Below are positions 8,424 to 16,544 of a DNA stretch of 64,000 nucleotides, in pieces (position 1 is the stretch's first letter; every line of letters begins with the position of its first letter). The notes under the pieces were generated by a model that saw nothing but the letters and a program-made list of their open reading frames with translations, had not been told where the DNA came from and did no database searches. The position numbers and the translations under genes were made by a program. The DNA is from Lentisphaerota bacterium (GTDB lineage Bacteria; Verrucomicrobiota; Lentisphaeria; Victivallales; Victivallaceae): the NCBI GenBank assembly GCA_015061545.1, contig SUWJ01000011.1, positions 2,035 through 66,034 of the forward strand, read 5' to 3'.

Positions 8424-10019
8424 TCATACCTCCTTTTTACGGGATTGGCGGGCGATAAGACTATAATAAAGTTCGCTTGGTTCCTGCATTTTAAACAGCA
8501 GCGATAAAAACCAGTAAATTGCTGCAAAGAGCAAACTTCCGGCAATAAGCGCGGTTATTTCGGCAGCTTTTAGTGCCATAAACTTTTGCAAAAACATCAC
8601 CGCTTGCGGGAAATAAAGCAGCGGCAGCGCCGCGGTCAGCGCAAAGATCAGCGTTTTTACCGCTGTAACTGCAACGCTGCGGTAATCGGGCGAAAAATTT
8701 TCCCGCTTGAGCATATACAACAGGAGCATATTGTTCAGCATCTGACTGATAACCGTAGCCAGCGCGATCCCTCCCTGCCGCAGCGGATGCATCAGCAGCA
8801 GACTCAAAGGAATATTTACAGCAATACAGCAAAGCGATATTATCAGCGGCGGAGTCATTTTTTTACGGGCGTAAAATGCAGGCAGAATAACTTTCATAGC
8901 GCAGAATGCGGGGATCCCGACAGCGTAAAAAAGCAGCGCGTAAGCGGTTTCCGCAACGTGTTCCAAAGTGAAATTGCCCCGCATAAATAACAGCTTTATC
9001 AGCGGTTCCCGCAAAAAAATCATATAGACCGCCAGTGGCGCGCAAGTGAACCATACATAGCGCAAGCCCGAAGTCATATCATCGAGCATTTCATTGTAAC
9101 GCTTATTGGCGGCGGCGCTGGACATATTGGCCATCAGCACACTTGCCAGCGCCACTCCGACAATCCCGATGGGCAGATAGACCAGCCGTTCGGTGTTGTT
9201 CAATGCCGGAACTGCACAGTCGCCCACCTGCAGCGCGATTATGCGGTCAACAAGAAAGCTGATCTGACTGGCCCCCGCCCCGATCAATCCGGGCAGCGCC
9301 AGGGTGAAAATTTCGCGCAGAATACTCCCTGCCTGACGTTCGCCTTTACGGAAAATCGGAAAAACCCCGTACTTTTTCAGCAGCCACGCCAGCATGGCAA
9401 ACTGCATGATCCCTGAAACTACCACCCCGGTTGCCAGCAACAGCAGGATGTGCTGTTTATCCGTCAGCTTCAGCAAGTTTATCATCAGCAGCAAAGCTAT
9501 CTGCACAATGTTGAGGATCAGCGCATTCAGCGAAGCAAGAAAAAAGACTTTGCGGGTGTTGACAATGGCGGTCATAACGCCCACCATGCAGATAAATACC
9601 GTGTAGGGCATCAGCAGCGGCAGAATACGCATGGCATCAACTGTTCTGGCCGTTTGAGCCCATTGGGCAATAAATACCGATGCCAGACTTACAGTTGCCG
9701 AGATGCCGATCAGCAGCACCGTAAGAAAACTCAATATCAGCGCCAGCTGTTTACGGGCTTCAGTCAAACCTTTTTCCGCTTCGGTATGGGCAAAGAGGGG
9801 GATCAATGCCTGAGCGAGCGCTCCTTCGCCGAAGAGCCGCCGGAACAAATTGGGTATGGCAAACGCCAGCTGCCAGGCAGTCGCCAGGGCGCCGCCGCCC
9901 AGCACCTGCGCTTCAAAAATTACCCGGAACAACCCGAGAAAGCGCGACATCAACGTTGCCAGTGCTGCACCGAAGGAGCCGCGCAGAATGTTTTTACGGT
10001 TGCTTTGTATTTCCGCCAT
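8424..10019 (-). CDS. murJ: lipid II flippase MurJ (MviN family)
   Basis: Polytopic membrane protein beginning MAEIQSNRKNILRGSFGAALATLMSRFLGLFRVIFEAQVLGGGALATAWQLAFAIPNLFRRLFGEGAL. ATG 10019 was chosen over the track start at 10091. The stop lies 3 nt from the nadE start. Confidence 0.88.
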   Translation of the reverse strand: MAEIQSNRKNILRGSFGAALATLMSRFLGLFRVIFEAQVLGGGALATAWQLAFAIPNLFRRLFGEGALAQALIPLFAHTEAEKGLTEARKQLALILSFLTVLLIGISATVSLASVFIAQWAQTARTVDAMRILPLLMPYTVFICMVGVMTAIVNTRKVFFLASLNALILNIVQIALLLMINLLKLTDKQHILLLLATGVVVSGIMQFAMLAWLLKKYGVFPIFRKGERQAGSILREIFTLALPGLIGAGASQISFLVDRIIALQVGDCAVPALNNTERLVYLPIGIVGVALASVLMANMSSAAANKRYNEMLDDMTSGLRYVWFTCAPLAVYMIFLREPLIKLLFMRGNFTLEHVAETAYALLFYAVGIPAFCAMKVILPAFYARKKMTPPLIISLCCIAVNIPLSLLLMHPLRQGGIALATVISQMLNNMLLLYMLKRENFSPDYRSVAVTAVKTLIFALTAALPLLYFPQAVMFLQKFMALKAAEITALIAGSLLFAAIYWFLSLLFKMQEPSELYYSLIARQSRKKEV

Positions 10020-10085
10020 TGACCAATCCTTGTGATCTATCCATATAATAATATAATATTGTTTCGGGTTTGAACCAAATGTTTT

Positions 10086-10114
10086 TTGCACATTTATTCA
10101 AATAGTTGTATATT
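10086..10114 (+). promoter_or_regulatory. sigma70-like promoter candidate (TTGCAC-17-TATATT) directly abutting the next ATG
   Basis: TTGCAC at 10086-10091, a 17-nt spacer, TATATT at 10109-10114. The ATG at 10122 is 8 nt after the -10 element and has no Shine-Dalgarno. Confidence 0.4.
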
Positions 10115-10121
10115 ATCCGCC

Positions 10122-10754
10122 ATGAAAAAGTTTTTTACAACCTCCGATATAATTGATCTGCCGCTGTTTCTGCCCGAAGCGGCAGTCTGGTCGCGGCTGG
10201 GGCGCAACCGTTATCTGAGCAAGATGACCGGCCCGGAAGAGATCCAAATGAAACTGGCGATGCACAAGGCGTTGGATCTGTGTCGGGTGCAAGGCAGGTG
10301 GATGCTGCTGGAAATCACCCGTCAGGAAAGCGACTGGCTGGAGGTGGATGGCAATTGGCAGATCGTAAGCAGAGAATTTGTCAATTTTGCCGCGGGCAGC
10401 AGTTATCTTTTTCTGGGGGCGGTTACGGCGGGCGGCAAAATCAGCGAGCTGATTGCCCGATCGCAGGATAAACTTGCTGAGGCGGTTGTTTACGACGCCG
10501 TCGGCAGCGAAGTGGCGGATGCGGCGATCGGCAGTTTGCAGAAAATAGCCTCAAAGCAGCTGGAACGCAGCAATCTGGCAGTATCGGAACGGCGCTTTTC
10601 TCCCGGCTATGGCAATTTGCATCTGGATTCGGTCCAGACCGAAATATTCAAACGCCTGAAGCTGGAAGAGCTGGGCATGAGTCTTTCTGCAAGTTTTATC
10701 ATGCAGCCAGAAAAATCCGTTACCGCTTTTGCCGGCGTAAAAGAAACAATTTGA
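10122..10754 (+). CDS. methionine synthase activation (AdoMet-binding) domain protein, stand-alone
   Basis: RFSPGYGNLHLDSVQTEIFKRLKLEELGMSLSASFIMQPEKSVTAFAGV matches the MetH reactivation domain. The gene lies immediately upstream of an activation-domain-less metH. Confidence 0.8.
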   Translation: MKKFFTTSDIIDLPLFLPEAAVWSRLGRNRYLSKMTGPEEIQMKLAMHKALDLCRVQGRWMLLEITRQESDWLEVDGNWQIVSREFVNFAAGSSYLFLGAVTAGGKISELIARSQDKLAEAVVYDAVGSEVADAAIGSLQKIASKQLERSNLAVSERRFSPGYGNLHLDSVQTEIFKRLKLEELGMSLSASFIMQPEKSVTAFAGVKETI

Positions 10755-10800
10755 TCTGTTATTTATTTACATAATTATCGTATATGGAGCTTGAACTTTT

Positions 10801-13242
10801 ATGATGACACGCAGCGATTTTGCCGCATGGTGCCGCGGGAATATCCGTATGCTTGACGGTGCTACGGGAACCGAACTTATCAAGCAGGGAATGCCTGCAG
10901 GGGTGTCGCCTGAACTCTGGGTGCTGGAAAATCCCGACAGTATCACCGCCGTACAGCAGGCGTATGCCGCTGCAGGCAGCAATATAGTCTATACGCCCAC
11001 CTTCGGCGGGAACGAGATCAAACTTGCCGAATTCAATCTGGCAGAACGGGCGTATGAAATCAACAAACGTCTGGCGGAAATTTCCTGCAACGCCGTCCGC
11101 AGCCGGGGCGTGCTGGTCTTTGGCGATATGGCGCCTACCGGACGCTTTGTGTCGCCGTCGGGAGATTGGGAATTTGAAGAAGCGGTAAAGGTTTTTAAGC
11201 ATCAGGCCGAAGCGCTGGCGGCAGGCGGCGTGGATGGGTTTGTTATCGAAACTATGATGGATCTGCAGGAGGCACGGGCGGCTTTGATCGCCGTAAGAGA
11301 GCTTTTTCCCGATGCACCGGTAATGGTAACGCTTACTTTTGACTCATCGCAGCGCACCCTGACCGGGACAACTCCGCTGGCAGCGCTGATAACTTTGCAA
11401 AGTCTGGGGGCGGATGCCTTCGGCTGCAACTGCTCCACGGGACCGGCGGATATGGCAAAGCTGCTTAAAGAGCTGATTTCATACGCCCGAATACCGCTGA
11501 TCGCCAAGCCCAACGCCGGCTTGCCGATGCTTAAAGACGGCAAAACGGTGTTCAATATGAATGCAGTTATGTTCGCCAACAACGTGGATGATTTGCTGGC
11601 AAGCGGCGTGCGGCTGCTGGGCGGCTGCTGCGGAACCACGCCTGAGCATATTGCTGCGGCGGCGGAAAAGGTGCGTCAGTATAAAAAAACTCTGCCCGTC
11701 TGCGGTGCGGATAGTTACGGGATCATCTCCGGAGCCAGAGATATTCACAAGTTTTCTCCCGACGGGCGCTTCTCGCTTATCGGCGAACGGATCAACCCCA
11801 CCGGGAAAAAAGCATTGCAGGCGGAATTGCGCGAAAACTCCATGGAGCTGGTGCTGCAGTTCGCTTTGGAGCAGCAGGCCGCAGGCGCCAAAGTGCTGGA
11901 TGTTAATATGGGGCTGGCGGGCGGTGACGAAAAAGCGCTGATGCTGTCGGCATTGGAAAAGATCGTGCGGGCGGTGGATCTGCCGCTTTGCATCGACTCG
12001 ACTTCGCCCGAAACGGTGGAAGCTGCATTGCGCTTTTATCCGGGCAGAGCGTTGTTGAATTCCATAAGTCTGGAAAAAGAGCGGATCGAAAAAGTTCTGC
12101 CTGTTGCCGCCAAGTACGGCGCAATGCTTATTTTGCTGCCGCTGGATGACTCAGGTTTACCCGAAGATTGTGCCGATCGGTGCCGGATTCTGGAAAAACT
12201 GCTGCTGGAAGTGGAAAAATACGGCATCAGCCGCAGCGATGTGGCGGTGGATGCTTTGGTTATGGCTGTATCTGCCGCGCCCATGGCGGGGAATGCAGCA
12301 TTGGATTTTATTGCATACTGCCGCCGCGAATTGAATCTGAACACCGTTTGCGGTCTTTCCAATATCAGCTTCGGTTTGCCCGACCGGATGCTGCTGAACA
12401 GAACATTTCTGGTAATGGCAATGGCGCGGGGGCTGAATATGGCGATCGCCAACCCCATGAACCGCGATTTTATGAGCGCAATTGATGCGGCGGAAGCGCT
12501 TAACGGCAGCGATCGCAAAATGAACGATTATGTGAGAAAGCACAGCTCCGACCCGTCGGCGGCAGCTGCCGATACGGCGGCAAAAAACAGCAATGCGGAA
12601 ATCCCCGCCGGTGAAGCTGCTTTCGGCGCGGTTTTGCGCGGCGATGCCGCCGCCGCAGTCAAAGCAGTAAAAAAGGCGCTGGCTGAAAAGAGTATTGCTG
12701 CGGAAAAACTGCTGGATGATTGTTTGCTTGCCGCTATTGCCGAAGTCGGCAAACGTTTTGAAGCCAAACAGTACTTCTTGCCGCAGCTGCTGGCGGGAGC
12801 CGAGGCGCTGCAGGCGGCTATCAGTGAATTGGAGCCGTTTTTGCAGAATAGCGGTACGGCAGGAGCAGCGCGGGAAAAGATCATTCTTGCCACCGTTAAA
12901 GGCGATATCCACGATATCGGAAAAAATATCGTGGCTTTAATGCTGCGCAATTCAGGCTTTGAGGTAATAGATCTGGGCAAAGATGTTGCCGCCGAAACGA
13001 TTGTTGAGCGCGCCCAAAGCGAAAACTGCCGTTTGATCGGTCTTTCGGCACTGATGACTACGACCATGGGCGAAATGGTCAAGGTTATCAAATTGGCGGA
13101 AAAATCCCGTTGTCAGGCAGGATTTATTGTGGGCGGAGCGGTGGTGGATGAAGCCTTTGCTGCTGAAATCGGCGCTGAATATGCCGCCGATGCCATGATG
13201 GCGGTGCGCGCTGCACGGCGATTGCTGGAAAAGAATTGTTGA
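10801..13242 (+). CDS. metH: cobalamin-dependent methionine synthase lacking the activation domain
   Basis: 813 aa containing an Hcy S-methyltransferase domain (GGCCGTTPEHI), a pterin-binding domain (NISFGLP) and a B12 cap plus binding domain (GDIHDIGKNIV = DxHxxG, GLSALMTTT, VGGA). Confidence 0.92.
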   Translation: MMTRSDFAAWCRGNIRMLDGATGTELIKQGMPAGVSPELWVLENPDSITAVQQAYAAAGSNIVYTPTFGGNEIKLAEFNLAERAYEINKRLAEISCNAVRSRGVLVFGDMAPTGRFVSPSGDWEFEEAVKVFKHQAEALAAGGVDGFVIETMMDLQEARAALIAVRELFPDAPVMVTLTFDSSQRTLTGTTPLAALITLQSLGADAFGCNCSTGPADMAKLLKELISYARIPLIAKPNAGLPMLKDGKTVFNMNAVMFANNVDDLLASGVRLLGGCCGTTPEHIAAAAEKVRQYKKTLPVCGADSYGIISGARDIHKFSPDGRFSLIGERINPTGKKALQAELRENSMELVLQFALEQQAAGAKVLDVNMGLAGGDEKALMLSALEKIVRAVDLPLCIDSTSPETVEAALRFYPGRALLNSISLEKERIEKVLPVAAKYGAMLILLPLDDSGLPEDCADRCRILEKLLLEVEKYGISRSDVAVDALVMAVSAAPMAGNAALDFIAYCRRELNLNTVCGLSNISFGLPDRMLLNRTFLVMAMARGLNMAIANPMNRDFMSAIDAAEALNGSDRKMNDYVRKHSSDPSAAAADTAAKNSNAEIPAGEAAFGAVLRGDAAAAVKAVKKALAEKSIAAEKLLDDCLLAAIAEVGKRFEAKQYFLPQLLAGAEALQAAISELEPFLQNSGTAGAAREKIILATVKGDIHDIGKNIVALMLRNSGFEVIDLGKDVAAETIVERAQSENCRLIGLSALMTTTMGEMVKVIKLAEKSRCQAGFIVGGAVVDEAFAAEIGAEYAADAMMAVRAARRLLEKNC

Positions 13243-13261
13243 AAAAAAATACGAAAACTAT

Positions 13262-13289
13262 TTGACAAATCAAATTAGCTTGCTATATT
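13262..13289 (+). promoter_or_regulatory. sigma70-like promoter candidate (TTGACA-16-TATATT)
   Basis: TTGACA at 13262-13267 and TATATT at 13284-13289. A perfect palindrome ATCAACAAGTTGAT follows at ~13299-13312, before the small Zn-ribbon gene. Confidence 0.45.
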
Positions 13290-13342
13290 GCACAAAGATC
13301 AACAAGTTGATTTGAGTGAAAAACAGTATCAGGAGAAGATGT

Positions 13343-13630
13343 ATGACGATTTGCCGTTATTGCATGGCTGAAGTCAGCGAGCGTGAGATCGAAGCTGAAG
13401 ATGGTTGCTGCCCCGAGTGCGGATCATTGCTTTCCGCGGGAGGCGGATATCTTGGCGATGAAGATGGTTACGATGATATCGACGAACTGGAAGACGATGA
13501 ATTCGGCTATCTGGATGACGAAGACGACTACGATGATGACGCGTATGACGACGATGCGTTTTACGAAGATGATTTTGATGAGTTCGATGAATTCGATGAC
13601 GAGCTGGAAGAAGAAGAGGATGATTTCTGA
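13343..13630 (+). CDS. small zinc-ribbon protein with extreme polyacidic D/E/Y/F tail (95 aa)
   Basis: AGGAGAAG Shine-Dalgarno at 13331-13338. Protein reads MTICRYCMAEVSEREIEAEDGCCPECGSLL (CxxC...CxxC), then ~65 residues almost entirely D/E/Y/F/G, ending EEEEDDF. The gene has its own promoter and terminator. Confidence 0.7.
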   Translation: MTICRYCMAEVSEREIEAEDGCCPECGSLLSAGGGYLGDEDGYDDIDELEDDEFGYLDDEDDYDDDAYDDDAFYEDDFDEFDEFDDELEEEEDDF

Positions 13631-13663
13631 ACCAATTCTCCGGAAGTAGGTGAGCAATCAAGG

Positions 13664-13693
13664 CAGGCTGCTGAAATATGCAGCCTGTTTTTT
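13664..13693 (+). terminator. intrinsic terminator after the Zn-ribbon gene
   Basis: CAGGCTGC (8-nt loop) GCAGCCTG followed by TTTTTT. The ATG that opens track ORF 13678 lies at the loop/3'-arm junction of this hairpin. Confidence 0.8.
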
Positions 13694-13722
13694 GTTGGCA
13701 TAAATCAGCTTTTTGTCTGCCA

Positions 13723-15270
13723 ATGAGGTTGAATTTGAATAAGAAAAAATTTGCGGAAATAAAGTCACAACTGCCGATTCCTGTTTTTGATCAGGATGCC
13801 GGTTTGGTGGATTTGTACTGGCAATCGTGGCTTCTGGCGTGGGATCATGTCCGCGATTTACCCGGTATGAAGCAGACCCCTTATATGGACGAGGGGTTTT
13901 GCGATACGGATATCTGGATTTGGGACAGCTGCTTTATGGCGCTTTTCTGCAAATATGCGCCGCAGGAACTTTTTCCGGGGACGGCTACACTTGAAAATTT
14001 TTACCACATTCTGCACGGTAACGGCGAACTGCCGCGCATTATACCGCAGCGGATAGCTGAATTTGCCGACAGTCAACGCGGGGAAGCAACTCAACTCTAC
14101 ATCCACATTGCCGACAATCCGCCGTTATTTGCGTGGGCGGAATACGAAAATGCGCTCTTTTCCGGCAATGTTGAACACCTTGAAGAATTGCTTTTCAAAA
14201 ATAAATATCTGCAAAAACATTACGATTTTCTGGAATCGCTCACCCGACGGATCACGCCGCGGGGTGTGCGTTACGAAACCTGCCTGATCAAAAAGGATTT
14301 GGGTTATCTGTGGGAAGGCGGCCGTTCCGGGATGGATAATACTCCCCGCGGACGCATTGGCAAACACGCCGCTGCCAAACGCCCGAACAATCCCGATATG
14401 CTCTGGCTGGATGCCATTTGTCAGCAGGCGCTGGCGGCAGATTGTATTGCCCGACTGGCGGACTTGCTGGGCGATGAAGCATCAAGATCTTTCTGGGATA
14501 GCCGTTATCAGGAAAAGAAAGCGATCGTTCAGGAGCATTACTGGGATGATCGATCGGGGTTTTTCTTTGATATCGACTGCAAGACACACGAGTTTTATCC
14601 GGTTTTGACTCCCGCATCTTTCTGGCCGCTGACGGCAAAGATCGCCAGTGCCGAACAAGCAGCCCGGACGGTGCGCGCCATTGAAGACGGCGATAAACTC
14701 GGCGGTGAATATCCGTGGACATCGCTCTCCCGCAGCGACGCCGATTTCAATGGCGAAAACGGTATGTACTGGCGCGGCAGTATCTGGCTGCCGACAGCTT
14801 ATGCCGGGTTGAAGGGGTGTCTTAATTACGGATTTTTCGATCAGGCGCGGGATAGTGCCTTAAAGCTGCTGCAGCAGATGTACCGCACCTGGCGGGAGTA
14901 CTCACCGCACACTATTTGGGAGTGTTACAATCCAAGCTGCTGCGAGCCTGCCCGTTCCTGCGACGAAAATAACCGCATTGTCCGTCCGGATTTCTGCGGC
15001 TGGTCAGCTTTGGGCCCGATCAGTATTTTTATTGAATGTGTTATCGGGATCTACTATGTGGATGCGTTTAAAAGAGTTGTCAAATGGAATCTGCCCGGAA
15101 AAATCTCTGGTATTTGCGGAATAAAGCAGTTGCGCTTCGGCAATATTACCGCCGATTTGCTGGCATCGGAAAACACAATAACCGTGGTCAGCGATGCAGC
15201 GTTTACTTTAATTGTTGATGGTAAAAGCTGCCCGATTGCGGCAGGAACTCAAACACTTCTGCGGAGTTGA
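13723..15270 (+). CDS. cytoplasmic (alpha/alpha)6 six-hairpin glycoside hydrolase, GH63/GH37/MGH1-like
   Basis: Motifs DSCFMALFCKYAP, NPPLFAWAEYE, WEGGRSGMDNTPRG, MLWLDAICQQAL, YWDDRSGFFFDID and YWRGSIWLPTAYAGLKG. No signal peptide. Start moved to ATG 13723 (MRLNLNKKKF) because the upstream ATG is inside the terminator. Confidence 0.7.
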   Translation: MRLNLNKKKFAEIKSQLPIPVFDQDAGLVDLYWQSWLLAWDHVRDLPGMKQTPYMDEGFCDTDIWIWDSCFMALFCKYAPQELFPGTATLENFYHILHGNGELPRIIPQRIAEFADSQRGEATQLYIHIADNPPLFAWAEYENALFSGNVEHLEELLFKNKYLQKHYDFLESLTRRITPRGVRYETCLIKKDLGYLWEGGRSGMDNTPRGRIGKHAAAKRPNNPDMLWLDAICQQALAADCIARLADLLGDEASRSFWDSRYQEKKAIVQEHYWDDRSGFFFDIDCKTHEFYPVLTPASFWPLTAKIASAEQAARTVRAIEDGDKLGGEYPWTSLSRSDADFNGENGMYWRGSIWLPTAYAGLKGCLNYGFFDQARDSALKLLQQMYRTWREYSPHTIWECYNPSCCEPARSCDENNRIVRPDFCGWSALGPISIFIECVIGIYYVDAFKRVVKWNLPGKISGICGIKQLRFGNITADLLASENTITVVSDAAFTLIVDGKSCPIAAGTQTLLRS

Positions 15271-15342
15271 CGGATAGTTTCCTGCCGATTTTTTTCAGGT
15301 GATTATCATTCGGGCGGATCACACGTTATCAGGGATAATATC

Positions 15343-16533
15343 TTATTTTTGCGATTTGGGGTCAAAGGCTTTGCGCAGACCTTCTCCCAGCAGATTGAAC
15401 CCCGCTACTGCCCAGAACAGCATCAAGCCGGGAAAAAGCGTCATGTGCCATGCGCTGAGCGGGTCGCCGAATGCCGAACGCAGCATCCCGCCCCAGCTGG
15501 CGGTGGGCGGCTGGACGCCGAAGCCGAGAAAACTGAGGGCACTCTCCGACAGGATCGCTCCGGCAACGCCGAAAGAAAATGTGATCATAACCATTCCGAG
15601 TATATTGGGCAGAATATGCCTGAACAGCAGCGAAATACCTGATACCCCCAGCGCCTGAGCCGATTTTATATAGACCATTTCGCGCTGTTTAAGCACTTCT
15701 CCGCGGGTCAGCTGCGCCATGCCGATCCACCCCGTAGCAGCAATAACTCCGATAACTGCCAGAATGGATTGCTCGAACTTATGATCCTGCAGGATCCCCA
15801 TAATGATAAGCAGCAGCAGAAATACAGGAAAACACATCAATATTTCCACCAGCCGCATCAACAGTATATCGTACCAGCCGCCTTTAAAGCCGCTGAAAAT
15901 CCCCAGCACCGCTCCGATGATCATGGCAAGCGAGGTGGCAATCACTCCCACCGCCAGCGAAATACGGCTGCCGTATATGATCCGAACCGCCAGATCCCGC
16001 CCCAGCTCGTCGCAGCCCAGAGGATGCTGCCGATCCGGGGGAAGCAGCGGGTCGGCGATCTGTTCAAACGGTCCGTAGGGCAGATAAGCCATAATGCGCC
16101 ACGCGCCTTCGGGAACTGCCTGATTGCGGTAATCCACCCGCTCCAGTTTGGGCGATGTCAGCAGAAAGGGCAGCGCAGCCAGCAGCATGATAACTGCCGC
16201 TGCGGTTATCCTTGACTTGGCAGTACGGAAAATTTTCAGAACTGCCAATAGCGGTATTGATATAAGCAGCAGCCAGTTGAAAAGCTGTTCGATAAAGTAT
16301 TCCGTACTTTCAGGCGCAAAAAAGCTGCGCAGAAAGGGGAATGTTATGCCGCTTTCTTTTGAATACGCCAGCAGCGGTCGCGGATTGGCAAGCAGCGGTG
16401 CAGCCAACGCCATTACCAGCATGGCAGTCAGCATTATCAGCGCCAGAACTGCCAGCGGATCGGCGCTGAATCTTTTCCACGCTTCGCGCGACACGCTGTA
16501 TTTGTTATCCTGCAACTTTGATTTACGGAGCAT
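15343..16533 (-). CDS. ABC transporter permease, DppC/OppC type, with extended N-terminal region
   Basis: BPD-transporter core with IKSAQALGVSGISLLFRHILPNILGMV (EAA-like loop) and a C-terminal GEGLRKAFDPK. The start lies 11 nt after the upstream gene's stop. Confidence 0.85.
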   Translation of the reverse strand: MLRKSKLQDNKYSVSREAWKRFSADPLAVLALIMLTAMLVMALAAPLLANPRPLLAYSKESGITFPFLRSFFAPESTEYFIEQLFNWLLLISIPLLAVLKIFRTAKSRITAAAVIMLLAALPFLLTSPKLERVDYRNQAVPEGAWRIMAYLPYGPFEQIADPLLPPDRQHPLGCDELGRDLAVRIIYGSRISLAVGVIATSLAMIIGAVLGIFSGFKGGWYDILLMRLVEILMCFPVFLLLLIIMGILQDHKFEQSILAVIGVIAATGWIGMAQLTRGEVLKQREMVYIKSAQALGVSGISLLFRHILPNILGMVMITFSFGVAGAILSESALSFLGFGVQPPTASWGGMLRSAFGDPLSAWHMTLFPGLMLFWAVAGFNLLGEGLRKAFDPKSQK

Positions 16534-16544
16534 ACAGAATTTTT

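Noticed and set aside
13430-13630. Apparent GAT/GAC/GAA-rich tandem repetition (possible VNTR or CRISPR-like signal)
   Set aside because: It is in-frame low-complexity coding sequence for the polyacidic tail of the Zn-ribbon protein. There is no repeat-spacer periodicity and no direct repeats of CRISPR length.
13678-13722. Track start codon for the GH63-like gene at 13678 (MQPVFCWHKSAFCLP...)
   Set aside because: That ATG lies at the loop/3'-arm junction of the terminator hairpin of the upstream Zn-ribbon gene (CAGGCTGC-tgaaatat-GCAGCCTG-T6). The start was moved to ATG 13723.
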